DNA of 64,000 bases from IMG/VR virus record IMGVR_UViG_3300022744_000001, positions 354,022 to 418,021 of that record, one strand, 5' to 3'. The first letter of the stretch is position 1; every line of letters begins with the position of its first letter. Source of the stretch: a virus. Positions 27,893 to 37,974 of the stretch are shown piece after piece. Under the pieces are notes generated by a model that saw only the letters and a list, made by a program, of their open reading frames with translations, was not told the DNA's origin and did not search any database. A program made the translations under genes and the position numbers.

Positions 27893-30520
27893 TCAAGGGG
27901 CGAGGGGGCGACCGGTCGTGGACTTGCCCGTCTGGACGGCCTGGCTCTGGTCGTCCGCGAACTGGCTCATGTAGCCCTCGTCCGAGTCGGTCTGGAGAGG
28001 AGCCATGGGGGCGTTGAACGTACCCATGTACTTCTCATCCGAGTCCTGCTGAAGGACGTGGGCCTGCTTGAGGACGTGGGCCTGACGCTTCTGCAAGGAA
28101 TCCGGGCCGAAAGCCGCCACTTCGACCTCATCCGCCGTACGGTCAAGACCGTTCACAAGATTCTTGGCAACCTCGAAAGGCATGCCCCAGTTCTTGTGCT
28201 CGGCCTGGATGACCTCGGCCATCTTGTCGAGACGGGAGAGAATACGGTTGGCGTCTTCCTTTGCGAACTTGGTGGTCATGTTTCCCTCTGCGTGCTCAGT
28301 GGAGACTTTCCGGGTCTCACCGTTGTTGGACCCGTCTAAGCGGGGCATCTGCCAACGATCGAAAGGATAAGAAGAATAGGAAGCCTGTTTGGCCACCCCC
28401 AGGAGCTTGTCCCGCTTCTCCCTAACCTCACTCTCATTAGGGGCTGGACGAACAAGACCATATTGAGGCGGTTTGCGCGGGGGGAGTGGGGCGACCGGAG
28501 GTTTACCCTTCTGGTTCTTTTCCCATGCTTTCTTAGACCTTTCGTACCAATCAAGAAGCCGTTCGTAGTCCTTTTGCTTCTTGTCGTACTCGTCCGCTTC
28601 CATGCGAGCGAGATGCCATGAAAGAGCCTTTGCTTTTTCAGGGTTCATACTCGAAACAGCATGTCGAACCCGTACCCGGAAAACCGTCGCTGGGTCCTCA
28701 AGCCCTGCTGCAACATCCTTCGGGTACTTGTCGGACTGCTTCTCGAAAAACGATTGAGCACTCTTGATTTTTGCGTAGATCTCTCGAGGAGAGTCTGCGT
28801 CAGTGATACGGTCAGGCGAATCCGATTGCAGGTACCTGTGCAGCATCGCCCGGTAGTCCTCCCCTTGAAAGGAAGCGACCGCGAGCATCTTAGCCGCAGG
28901 GTCTTTAATTTGATGGAGTGCCTTCGACCGATCCCCAGACGAAGTCACCTGCGGGGTTGACCGAGAAGAGGTACCGAATCGTTCGTTCTCCTCTCCTTCG
29001 GGCTCAGGCTCAGCAGAAGCTTGCACGAACAGGTCACGGGATTTCTCCTGTGCTTTCCTCATGCGCTCTTCGGGGTTATCCCCACTCGTGGACATCATGA
29101 AATCCACTACGCGAGCCGCGAGCTTCGGCGGAGTACCCTCGGTCTGGATGGCCTTGATCGCCTGCGAACGAACCGCAAGACGAGCCGCAACCACCCCCAT
29201 CCGGTGCTTCTGTACTTCCTCAGCCTGGTGCTCAGGAGACAGCTCCGAGAGGGGCACCTCTTTACCGGCAACGGTTACCTTCTCCGGAGGTTCAATCTTC
29301 TCGGGATCGAGAGACCAATCCTTCGATTTGGCAATCTCTTTAGCGGCATCTGCGGCCGTCATCGACCCCACTTTGAGATCGTGGTAGTTGCTGATCAGCT
29401 CGTTGATGTCGTCCGGGTGCATGGTGATGAATTTCGCCGCCATGTTTGGCGGGAAAGTGTCAATCACCAACTGCCGAGCCTCAAACAACTCCTCCCTGGA
29501 CGGGACTCGCCGCACAGGCTCCTTGGGTTCCTCCCCCTTGGGCTTCTTTTCGGCCTTGGGCTTCTTTTCTGGTTTCTGCCCCTTGGGCTCCTCTTCGGCC
29601 TGCTCTGGCTTAGCCTCGGACCCAGACTCTGGGGTTTCGGGCTTGGCTTCGGGCTTGGCTTCGGGGGCCCCCTGAGCTGGGGCTGGGGATTCAGGCTTGA
29701 CCTCTGCGGCCGGAGCCTCTGGGCTCTTCGCTGGAGGGGCCTTGGGCTTTTTCGCAGGCGCCGCGGGCTCCTGCTTGGTCAAGACCTTGGTTAGGTCCGA
29801 GATGATCTTCTGGACGTTCGGCGGCGGGAGGGTCTTTGCATCCCCCTTTGGCTCTGGCGCCGTAGGCCCCTCGGGGCCTGCCTTGGCCGCAGGCTCTTCT
29901 ACAGGGGCCGCCACAGGGGCTTCCTTCTTGGGAGCCTTCTTGGGCTTCTCCTTGGGCCTAGAAAAGACCTCCTGGGCCAACTCTTTCAAGTCCCCCAGAG
30001 TCTTCACGCTGGCGGGCAGGTCCTTCTCGAAAACAGAAGCCGGGTAGGCCGGGTTGCCTTCCGCAATCCCGCCTGTGTCCGAGGTTGGGTCGAGCAGCTT
30101 CTTGAGGCGAGACTCGAGAGCCGGATCGTTCTTGATCCGCCCCGCAAAATCCCCTGCCTCCTGCTCCCACTTGCTGTTGGGCTTGTAGACCTCGTACTCG
30201 CCCCCACGCTCCTTAAGCGTGTCCTTCGACACGTCAACGATCTTGCCGTCTTCCTTGCGGCGGACCTTGACCTTGTCGGCCTCCTGGTGATTACGAGCAA
30301 TACGAGCCAGATTGACTGACCCGCCGACGTTCTTGCGGTTCAAGGACAGGTCGGGATCCCGCTTGACGTCCTCGTCATGAAGGTCGGGATCCCGATCAGT
30401 GTCCATCCGCTCACGACGACGGTCATGCCGCGGCGGCTTCTTTTTGGGGAGAGGGCGAACAAGGCGCTCGGCCTCCTCGTCCTCCCGCTCCCCAAGGCTC
30501 TTGGTACCCAGAACGTCCAT
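27893..30520 (-). CDS. Large putative internal head protein (P/A/E/K-rich linker)
   Basis: 875 aa between portal and protease; possible nested in-frame C-terminal gene from 28279. Confidence 0.65.
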   Translation of the reverse strand: MDVLGTKSLGEREDEEAERLVRPLPKKKPPRHDRRRERMDTDRDPDLHDEDVKRDPDLSLNRKNVGGSVNLARIARNHQEADKVKVRRKEDGKIVDVSKDTLKERGGEYEVYKPNSKWEQEAGDFAGRIKNDPALESRLKKLLDPTSDTGGIAEGNPAYPASVFEKDLPASVKTLGDLKELAQEVFSRPKEKPKKAPKKEAPVAAPVEEPAAKAGPEGPTAPEPKGDAKTLPPPNVQKIISDLTKVLTKQEPAAPAKKPKAPPAKSPEAPAAEVKPESPAPAQGAPEAKPEAKPETPESGSEAKPEQAEEEPKGQKPEKKPKAEKKPKGEEPKEPVRRVPSREELFEARQLVIDTFPPNMAAKFITMHPDDINELISNYHDLKVGSMTAADAAKEIAKSKDWSLDPEKIEPPEKVTVAGKEVPLSELSPEHQAEEVQKHRMGVVAARLAVRSQAIKAIQTEGTPPKLAARVVDFMMSTSGDNPEERMRKAQEKSRDLFVQASAEPEPEGEENERFGTSSRSTPQVTSSGDRSKALHQIKDPAAKMLAVASFQGEDYRAMLHRYLQSDSPDRITDADSPREIYAKIKSAQSFFEKQSDKYPKDVAAGLEDPATVFRVRVRHAVSSMNPEKAKALSWHLARMEADEYDKKQKDYERLLDWYERSKKAWEKNQKGKPPVAPLPPRKPPQYGLVRPAPNESEVREKRDKLLGVAKQASYSSYPFDRWQMPRLDGSNNGETRKVSTEHAEGNMTTKFAKEDANRILSRLDKMAEVIQAEHKNWGMPFEVAKNLVNGLDRTADEVEVAAFGPDSLQKRQAHVLKQAHVLQQDSDEKYMGTFNAPMAPLQTDSDEGYMSQFADDQSQAVQTGKSTTGRPLAP

Positions 30521-30544
30521 CTACCTGCCCTCGGTACCAATAGG

Positions 30545-32356
30545 TTAGAAGCGGCTGTCCTCTTCCTCCGCAGGAGCGTCCTTCTTGACATCCAACCGAA
30601 GGTATTTGGCCAACTTGTCCGTGACGTTGGTCTTTTCAGCGAGCATTCGACCAACCTCGCCGTAAACCGCACGCACAACCTCGTTGAAGGTGGCGTCGTT
30701 CACCGTGAACATATCGCGCTCAATCTTCTCCTTGGTGTCCGCCGGATCGATGTTGAACATCTCGAGGATGAGGTCGATGGATACCGACCCCTTCTGGTAC
30801 AAGTTGAAGAGGGCGTCGTAGGTGTCCTGGCTGTCACGCAACGCCAAACGCGTGAAACTCAGCGTTGGGTAAAGGACAACTTCCTGGCCCCACTCGTCGA
30901 TCTCCACGAAGCCCTTACGACGAGCGATAGGCTTGAAGAGAGACTCTTCGACGTATTCCTGGATAATCTCCCGGAACAAGAGGTACCTAGTGTTGATGAC
31001 CTCGAGCTTCACGCGGTCGCCCGCGAAAGTGCTCTCTCCGTTGAGCAGAGACTCGGTAACCCCAAGACCTGCGTAGAGCTGCTTGTCCGTGATTTCGTAC
31101 TCGGTGGACAGGTCCAAAAGGCGGTCTCGAGACCCAATCTCCTCCCAATGCACCTCGTAGTTGGTGACGATCGAGTAGTCGGGGTCTACCAACGCCAGGT
31201 CTACCTGCTCGCGCAAGTCATCTGTGTCAACGTCACTGAGGTTCTCGCCCCAAACCACTCGCTTTGGAGTCATCGCGCGGCTGGCGATGAGCGTCTGGGC
31301 CTGACGAAGTTTCTCGCGGTAGTAGAGCGTGCGGAGGCACCGGTCGAGAAGGCTCGCCCCCAGCTCCTCTCCCGCATTTCGACGGGCCGCCAGGTGGTAA
31401 CAGAAGGAGCCTTCATCCGGGTCGGTACCGAGCGGGATGAGCTTGCCCGACTCGATGTACTCCCGAACCTCTTCGGGCATCTCCTCAACCATCTCCTCAG
31501 CCACTTCGTCGCCCGACTTGGCCCGCTCCACCAGTGCACGATCCCGGTCGCTCGGGATGAGTTCAATGCGAACTTTGTCAGTGAAGCTGAACGTAGTGAG
31601 CTTCACCTGGTCGATAGGCAGGATGACCAACCGCGACCACCCCTGGTAGTGCTTCTGGTAGTAGGCCAGCTCCCGATCTTCTCGGTCTGGGCGCTCCTCG
31701 AACACTTCTTCTTCGACCTCTTCTCCAGTGCCGTCTTCCTTGAGCACGGACTTTTTGAGGCGTTGGACGTCATGACCCACGTCGTCAGGCACGTTGACGG
31801 TGGAGTCCTCGGCAAAGATGAACACGTTGCCATCAAGCCAGTAATGGCGGGTAGCCGTGATCAACCTCTGGAAAAGCTTGAGACGCCCGCACATCTGCTT
31901 GAAGAACGACAGGATGTAGTTGGCGTAATGGTCAGCGTCCTTGAACCCCTTGGGTACCTGGGTCGGTTTGGGTTTAGCCAACCGCACCTTCGACATCGGA
32001 AGCTCCGTGTGCAGGTCGATAGCCTGCGCCACGATAGGGTCCGTGTGGTAGAAGTGGCGATAAATCTCGCGCTTTTCACGGAGCGACTGTGGAAGCTCGA
32101 GGAAATCAGTAGAGAGCTGAGGTGAGAAGAACGGACTGGTGCCGGATTGAACCGTGTTGGCCCCGGAGATATTGTCCATCGGGAACCCGCCGGTGCCGAT
32201 GTTGGCCTTGAAAACCCGGCGAGCCACCTTCTCCTTGTCAGTCAGGTTGGTGAGTTTGCCTTTGGAAGCGTAGGGCCTCTGCGGGTACCTGCCAGGTACC
32301 GTGTTCGCCAAAACGCTTCCAGCCATGCTTACGTTTGTATAGCCCTTCGGCATCAC
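30545..32356 (-). CDS. Portal protein
   Basis: RHFYHTDPIVAQAIDLHT, YWLDGNVF, GASLLDRC, KQLYAGLGVTESLLNGE; position between terminase and protease. Confidence 0.85.
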   Translation of the reverse strand: MMPKGYTNVSMAGSVLANTVPGRYPQRPYASKGKLTNLTDKEKVARRVFKANIGTGGFPMDNISGANTVQSGTSPFFSPQLSTDFLELPQSLREKREIYRHFYHTDPIVAQAIDLHTELPMSKVRLAKPKPTQVPKGFKDADHYANYILSFFKQMCGRLKLFQRLITATRHYWLDGNVFIFAEDSTVNVPDDVGHDVQRLKKSVLKEDGTGEEVEEEVFEERPDREDRELAYYQKHYQGWSRLVILPIDQVKLTTFSFTDKVRIELIPSDRDRALVERAKSGDEVAEEMVEEMPEEVREYIESGKLIPLGTDPDEGSFCYHLAARRNAGEELGASLLDRCLRTLYYREKLRQAQTLIASRAMTPKRVVWGENLSDVDTDDLREQVDLALVDPDYSIVTNYEVHWEEIGSRDRLLDLSTEYEITDKQLYAGLGVTESLLNGESTFAGDRVKLEVINTRYLLFREIIQEYVEESLFKPIARRKGFVEIDEWGQEVVLYPTLSFTRLALRDSQDTYDALFNLYQKGSVSIDLILEMFNIDPADTKEKIERDMFTVNDATFNEVVRAVYGEVGRMLAEKTNVTDKLAKYLRLDVKKDAPAEEEDSRF

Positions 32357-32814
32357 TCATCCCCGTAAAGGTCATTCAGGTCGGAAACTGGGGCCCCTGA
32401 CTCAAGCAGGTCCTCAATTACCAATTCCTGATTAGAAGATCCGAAAATGCCATAGGAGTCTCGATTCGAACGGGCTGTCTCACGCTGGAGCCTGGCCAAA
32501 GCCCTCCGCTTCTCCCACTCCTCTTGCCGTTCTTTTCGCTCTTGTTCCTCTTGAGCTGCCCGCTTGCTAACAGCAAGAATGCGGTCAACGGCTGCTGTGC
32601 GCTTGGCCCCTTGGGTAACCGACCCAGCAAACCGTCGATTGGCATTGGAGATGGACACGAAGATGCTTGATTGGTCCGACGGGCTCCGGCGAACCTTGAG
32701 ATAGAGAGCACCGCACACCTGGTTAAGCTTCTCCGCCGTGGTCACCATCTCCTTCCGGAGTCGGATCGCTTCGGTGAAAAGCTCCTCGGTATCCATGGAG
32801 TCAATAGGTTTCAT
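32353..32814 (-). CDS. Hypothetical coiled-coil protein
   Basis: 4-nt overlaps with both neighbours. Confidence 0.55.
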   Translation of the reverse strand: MKPIDSMDTEELFTEAIRLRKEMVTTAEKLNQVCGALYLKVRRSPSDQSSIFVSISNANRRFAGSVTQGAKRTAAVDRILAVSKRAAQEEQERKERQEEWEKRRALARLQRETARSNRDSYGIFGSSNQELVIEDLLESGAPVSDLNDLYGDE

Positions 32815-33338
32815 AGAAAGGTCTGCACTCCGAGGAAATGGTTGTTGCTCGTTTTGGGTACCTGAACAACCACACCGGGACTCAATGCTGGGGCCAAGGG
32901 ATCGCCCGCCAAAGTCATTTCATCCTCGTTAGTCCAAAGCCCACGCCGAGAAAAGTACAGGGAGTCTTGGGCACGGTAGACCAAAGACACAAGCGGCCCG
33001 CCCCCAGTACGAGAAGCGTAGGTGTAACGCTCATAACTCGTGGTAGCGAGAATGTTGCTCCCTGTGAGCATCGTGGCGAAGCGGTAATAGGGCTGGTTGC
33101 GAGTCATGGCCGCATAGTCGTCGCCAGCCTCGTTCGACCCCCAAATCAGAACCCCCCCGAACAACCCATTGGAGAACGTCACAACCCGTTCGTCCACTGA
33201 CGACCCCGACCACTGCACCCCTTGTCCTCCAGGCCACCCAAAGGAAACCATGTTCTGCGAGACGACCACCGTTTGGGAGTCCCCCTTATGAAACACGACG
33301 CAGTCTCTGGATCGCAGAATCTCAGGCATGGGACTCAC
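32811..33338 (-). CDS. Decoration-like paralog 3 of 3
   Basis: RDC.V..KGD, GW.GGQGV.W, GSNE..D, YERYTYASR, LYFS.RG.WT.EDE. Confidence 0.7.
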   Translation of the reverse strand: MSPMPEILRSRDCVVFHKGDSQTVVVSQNMVSFGWPGGQGVQWSGSSVDERVVTFSNGLFGGVLIWGSNEAGDDYAAMTRNQPYYRFATMLTGSNILATTSYERYTYASRTGGGPLVSLVYRAQDSLYFSRRGLWTNEDEMTLAGDPLAPALSPGVVVQVPKTSNNHFLGVQTFL

Positions 33339-33853
33339 ATAGTGGTTTGAAGCGTCAGGTAGTAGTTGTTATCTGCGGATGGCACTTGAACCGTGATTCC
33401 ACAGAACGAGGTGTTTGACCCACGAGGGTCAGAGGAGAGGGTCCACTCATCCTCCTTGGTCCAATACCCTCGCAGCGAAAACCTCAACCGGTCGGTAGGG
33501 CTGTAAACGATCGGTACCAAGGGCCCCGCTTGCCGAGAGGCATAGGTATAGCGCTCAAACGTCCTGGTGGAGACCACCCAACCACCGAAGGCCGCCACAG
33601 CGTACCCATACGCTACCTGCTGGCCAGTGACAGCTGTAAGTTGGTCAGAGGGCTCGTTAGACCCGTAGAAGATGAAGGCACCAAACGGCCCATCCGAGTA
33701 GGACATGAGGAACTCGTCCTTCGTCGAGTCCACCCACTGGACGCCCTGCCCTCCCTGCCAGCCGCCAACAACCATGGTCGCGGTAATGGCCACTGGGAAG
33801 GTGTCCCCCTTTTTCAGGATGTAACAGTCTCGCTCTCGAGGGAACTGGGTCAT
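33335..33853 (-). CDS. Decoration-like paralog 2 of 3
   Basis: Start MTQFPRERDC (TGATG coupling); same motifs as the other two paralogs. Confidence 0.7.
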   Translation of the reverse strand: MTQFPRERDCYILKKGDTFPVAITATMVVGGWQGGQGVQWVDSTKDEFLMSYSDGPFGAFIFYGSNEPSDQLTAVTGQQVAYGYAVAAFGGWVVSTRTFERYTYASRQAGPLVPIVYSPTDRLRFSLRGYWTKEDEWTLSSDPRGSNTSFCGITVQVPSADNNYYLTLQTTM

Positions 33854-34374
33854 CAGATGGCCACCTGCACACCGAGGTAATACCCCGTCAATGAACTTGG
33901 GATTTGGGAAACGTACCCAATGACCCAAGGATTCGGGGCTCGAGGGTCAGAGGAGAGGGTCCACTCGTCTTCCTTGGTCCAGTACCCCCGCAGCGAAAAA
34001 TACAGCCGATCGCTCGGGTTGTAGGTGAGAGGTACCAAAGGCCCGCCGCCAACCCTAGAAGCATAGGTATGACGTTCGTATGTCGTGGTAGAAAGCTGCC
34101 AGCCGCCAAAGCACAAAGTAGCAAAGCGGTAGTAGGGCTGACTGCGAGTCTGAGCGGTGAACTGATCCGATGTCTCATCGGAACCCCAGATCATGAACCC
34201 ACAAGGGTTCCCATCCGTGGGCGCAATCCTAAACTCATCCTTGGTAGAGTTCTCCCAAGAAACCCCCTGCCCACCCTTCCACCCTGTCAAAGCCAACGTC
34301 TCGCCCACGACCACAGGTAACGTGTCGCCCTTCACGAGCACAACGCAGTCACGAGTACGTGGCTGTTCCGGCAT
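33853..34374 (-). CDS. Decoration-like paralog 1 of 3
   Basis: Same motifs; DNA identity with paralog 2 (cgagggtcagaggagagggtccactc). Confidence 0.7.
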   Translation of the reverse strand: MPEQPRTRDCVVLVKGDTLPVVVGETLALTGWKGGQGVSWENSTKDEFRIAPTDGNPCGFMIWGSDETSDQFTAQTRSQPYYRFATLCFGGWQLSTTTYERHTYASRVGGGPLVPLTYNPSDRLYFSLRGYWTKEDEWTLSSDPRAPNPWVIGYVSQIPSSLTGYYLGVQVAI

Positions 34375-35408
34375 CAGACACTCTCGGTCTCAGGCTTCCG
34401 CCCGGGCAAAGAAGCCCACGCATTCACAAGCGTGGACAGAAGCATGAGCTGCACAGGGTCGCCCTGGTGGATACGCTCCCAGTCCCCCTTTGCCTGCGAG
34501 AAAGCTGTGCGAATCACCATGAAGTCGTTGTCGCTAACCAACGTTTGCTCCCCGAGCCCATGGTCCACAAACATGCGGATCATGCGGTTAGCAAACGTAA
34601 GCGGGGGCGCGGGGCTATCCATATCCGCCGTTTTAGCGTTCAACTTCTCGAGAACCGAGCCATCTTTGAGGTAGTTCTCCTCGAGAGCCGGAACAAGGTA
34701 CTGACTCCGAAGGGTTGACGCCTCGTGTCCGACCTCCTCAGCGGTCATCTCGAGCGCCTCCTTGAACTCGTCCTTGAGCTTCTTCTCGCGCTCCTTCTTG
34801 TCCTCGGGGAGCTTGCCGCCACCGCTCCGGATCTTCTGCAAGTGCTGCTTCATCTGGTCGTTGGCGTGAAACCCACGGAGGTCCTTCGCGGTGATATCGT
34901 ACTCCTTGAGGTAGTGGTTCACCTCAGAAGCCGTCACGCAACCCCCGTCGTACTCAAAGAGGCAGGTCTTCTCCCCCTTCGCGTTCTCGTGGGCATCCTT
35001 CAAGGCTTTCAAAATGGCCTTGTCGGTGACTTCCTTCTCGTGCTTGACGCCGGACTTGCCCACGTACTTGATCGTGGCCTTGCCCTTCCCAAAAGTCACA
35101 TGGCGCTTCTGCCACCCAGTGACCCCGAAGTGGCCATCGTCCGCAGACTCGTCATTACCAACGCGCTCGTAGGTGTGATCCATGAGCGCGACGGCCAAAG
35201 CCTTGAGCTTCGTCTCAGGGTCGTCGGACTTGATATCCTTCATGACCTGGGTACGGAGCTTCTCAATCGAGCCTCGGAGCTTCTCAATGCGATCGGCCTT
35301 TTCTTTGTGCCTTTTCGCAATTTGCTTCTCCGAATACTCGTAGACCACCGTCCCGGTATCGAGCTTTTTCTTGCTCTTGTACTTGGCAACGACCTTGAGG
35401 AGGCTCAT
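34374..35408 (-). CDS. DNA topoisomerase IB (poxvirus/bacterial type) with C-terminal extra domain
   Basis: Catalytic set ERVGN, YVGKSG, TAKDLRG, VGH, RSQYL. Confidence 0.88.
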   Translation of the reverse strand: MSLLKVVAKYKSKKKLDTGTVVYEYSEKQIAKRHKEKADRIEKLRGSIEKLRTQVMKDIKSDDPETKLKALAVALMDHTYERVGNDESADDGHFGVTGWQKRHVTFGKGKATIKYVGKSGVKHEKEVTDKAILKALKDAHENAKGEKTCLFEYDGGCVTASEVNHYLKEYDITAKDLRGFHANDQMKQHLQKIRSGGGKLPEDKKEREKKLKDEFKEALEMTAEEVGHEASTLRSQYLVPALEENYLKDGSVLEKLNAKTADMDSPAPPLTFANRMIRMFVDHGLGEQTLVSDNDFMVIRTAFSQAKGDWERIHQGDPVQLMLLSTLVNAWASLPGRKPETESV

Positions 35409-35414
35409 ACCCCA

Positions 35415-37388
35415 TTACCTCCGAAACGCACGAGGGGTGATTCGATCTAGATGGACCCCGTGCGAACGCATGCGTGCACGTTGGTACCCGGCAGAAGTCA
35501 AATACCGAGAACTCCCACTCGGGACGAGCCCGCTAGGAGCTACCAGTTTCATGTTGCCCAGCCGCTCGAGCGAAAGCCACACCGCACGAACGTAAGCGTC
35601 TGACATATCGTCGTGGAACCCAGCCGCTTGAGGGGCCTCGACTTTGACTTGGTTCCTGGACATCTGGGTCTGCTGCAAAGACAGCAGCTCCCCAATGAGC
35701 GGGGAGTGCTTCACCGTCTGGCTTGTGTAGGTGACCGGGTGATCGTAGAGCACCAACCGACGGTCGAACATCAGCATCTTGGTACTCTGAAACATCTTGC
35801 TCGTGGTATCCGTTGTAAAAAACTCACTACGGAACTGCTTCAGGCCCTTCTTGTGCAAAGCCTGCTCGAGCGGCAACCCGTTCCATCGGTCGAAAAGCCC
35901 GTCACTGATGTAGAACTTCTTGCTGAGCGCGTAAATCCACTCGGCAATCGCGTCAAAATCGATGCGGTCCACACCGTCCAAGGTTTTTGCGTAATCGGTC
36001 GCCGGTGCCACCAGGTGGGGGTTCGACTCTCGCCAGGACTTACCCGCGTACCAAACCTCGTGATAGTCGAGGACGACTTTGTCCCCCTCAAGGTGGGTGA
36101 TCGCTACGGTGCTCCCGTCATTCACGAGGCCAACGTCAACACCCATCTGGTGAGGCAAGCGGGGAGGTCCGAACGTCTTCGGTCGCAAATCGAGCTTGAT
36201 GCAGTCGAGGAGGTCTTGTTCGCGCTCAATCCATCCACGACGACGGTCGGTGAAGGCCGCCCCGAACTCGGTATCGAACACCGCCGGGTCCTCATGGTAC
36301 TTCTCACGAAGGAACGTCGGTTCTACCGTAGGGTTCACCTCCCAGGTCGGCGCCTGGATGGCGAGCATGTTTTCGGAGCCCTCCGCATTGCTCATTGCGA
36401 AGTGGAAAAGCTCGTAGAACTTGCCTGCACGGTTGAGGGGCGAAGAGATGCAGATCACTCGAGCTTGCACCTCCCCGATCGGCTCCGTTGGGTCATTCGG
36501 ATGCTTCGGGGAGAACGCCATCGTGGAAGGTACCACGGCGTCGTAGATGTCCTTCGCCGAGGACACGCCCGTGTCCTGGAAGTGCGCCATCTCGTCAAGG
36601 ATGACCACGATGTTACCCGAGCCACGAAGGCCCTTCGACACGCTCGCTTTGAACGTGACGCGGAGCGAGGACTTGCCGCTGAAGCTCGTGAACTTGCCGT
36701 TCTCATGGCGAATCGTCGGCCCGTACTTCTCAATGTCGTACGGGGTCCGGAAGTTCACCAACGACTGGGTGTTGTTCGCGATGTACGGCTTGAAGAACTC
36801 GCACTTGGCCAAATGGCTCGAGACGTCATTGAACAGCAGGCCCGCCTGGTCCTTGTCCGTAGCGACCGAGATGATCTGGATACGGTTACCGTTGGGCAAC
36901 CCGTAGTATTCCTGGGGGTTACCCAGGCAGATCAGTCGGTAAAGCTCGTAGCTCGCAAAAATCGCGGAGAGCGTGGTCTTACCGCTACGACGACCAATGG
37001 GCAGGATGAGCGTCCTGCGCATATGGTCCTGCTCACCGATGTTGCACCGGCCCTCAGCATGCAGGTACTTGAGGTACTCCGTTTCGGTAAATTCGTAGAG
37101 GACTCGCTGCTTGAAGCGGTCCGTGATGGTGATGGTCTTGTCGCGGTCGTTGAGGGGTATGTTGTAGTAGAGCTTGACGATGAACCGCTGAACTGGGTAG
37201 AGCTTCATCTGCAAACCCCAGGACGCCTCGGCGTACTGGAGCACGTTGAAGATACGGGTGGTACGACCTTCAATGGTCGTGGCACTCTCGGAGCCTTGAC
37301 CAGCCGTATTCTCGGCAATGGCTTTGGCTTGAGATCCAGCGTTTCTGATTAGGGACGCTATGTCCCCTCTTTCCTTGTACTTTGGCAC
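35415..37388 (-). CDS. terL: Terminase large subunit
   Basis: Walker A GRRSGKT, Walker B VVILDE, coupling motif ISSP, nuclease GVDVG and HDDMSDA. Confidence 0.92.
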   Translation of the reverse strand: MPKYKERGDIASLIRNAGSQAKAIAENTAGQGSESATTIEGRTTRIFNVLQYAEASWGLQMKLYPVQRFIVKLYYNIPLNDRDKTITITDRFKQRVLYEFTETEYLKYLHAEGRCNIGEQDHMRRTLILPIGRRSGKTTLSAIFASYELYRLICLGNPQEYYGLPNGNRIQIISVATDKDQAGLLFNDVSSHLAKCEFFKPYIANNTQSLVNFRTPYDIEKYGPTIRHENGKFTSFSGKSSLRVTFKASVSKGLRGSGNIVVILDEMAHFQDTGVSSAKDIYDAVVPSTMAFSPKHPNDPTEPIGEVQARVICISSPLNRAGKFYELFHFAMSNAEGSENMLAIQAPTWEVNPTVEPTFLREKYHEDPAVFDTEFGAAFTDRRRGWIEREQDLLDCIKLDLRPKTFGPPRLPHQMGVDVGLVNDGSTVAITHLEGDKVVLDYHEVWYAGKSWRESNPHLVAPATDYAKTLDGVDRIDFDAIAEWIYALSKKFYISDGLFDRWNGLPLEQALHKKGLKQFRSEFFTTDTTSKMFQSTKMLMFDRRLVLYDHPVTYTSQTVKHSPLIGELLSLQQTQMSRNQVKVEAPQAAGFHDDMSDAYVRAVWLSLERLGNMKLVAPSGLVPSGSSRYLTSAGYQRARMRSHGVHLDRITPRAFRR

Positions 37389-37392
37389 AGGT

Positions 37393-37971
37393 CTACCTCA
37401 AGGCATCCTGGGCTCGCTCCTCCCACCCCTCCATAGCAGTCGCGAACCGATTGAAGAACAGTTCCATTACTTCAGGAGTCATGACCTCCTGGGCAACCTC
37501 TTTGATAACCTCGACCCACAAAGCGAAGACCCTCTGCATCTTCTCGCTGCTGAGGTTGATCGAATGCTGGTCAAGCTCTCGAATCTTGAGTTCGATATCC
37601 GCAATGCGGCGAAGCGCCTCGATGCGTCGAGCTGAAATCGTGGTTGGGTCCTTGGCCCGACCAGATTCCGCCTCCAAACGGTCGAAATGCAGGCTGGCAG
37701 CCTCTCGAGCGATCTCCCGCTTGATCTCCCGAAGGACCGCAAAAGCGTCCCCTCCATGGTTGACCACTTTGACGAGCGGGTCGTCGTCGATGAAGTTGTT
37801 TCGACGTTCAACCCGAAGCGCTTGGTACTGCGCTTCCGCAGTCGCGGACTTCGGAGTCAAAGGCCCAGACCGAGCTGGGACCACACTGCGCGGGGTAGGT
37901 TGAAACCGGTTCAACGCTCGAGCACCACCCACAACAATCGCTTCACTCTTTTCATCTTCATCTTGGGGCAT
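37393..37971 (-). CDS. Putative terminase small subunit
   Basis: Helical 192-aa gene directly upstream of terL; position only. Confidence 0.45.
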   Translation of the reverse strand: MPQDEDEKSEAIVVGGARALNRFQPTPRSVVPARSGPLTPKSATAEAQYQALRVERRNNFIDDDPLVKVVNHGGDAFAVLREIKREIAREAASLHFDRLEAESGRAKDPTTISARRIEALRRIADIELKIRELDQHSINLSSEKMQRVFALWVEVIKEVAQEVMTPEVMELFFNRFATAMEGWEERAQDALR

Positions 37972-37974
37972 GAA

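Noticed and set aside
19000-34374. Diversity-generating retroelement template/variable repeat pairs among the repeats
   Set aside because: No reverse transcriptase in the window, and the differences are not adenine-specific
35415-37388. Inteins or introns in terL, recA, ligA or nrdJ
   Set aside because: Lengths are ordinary, and no intein terminal or homing-endonuclease motifs were seen
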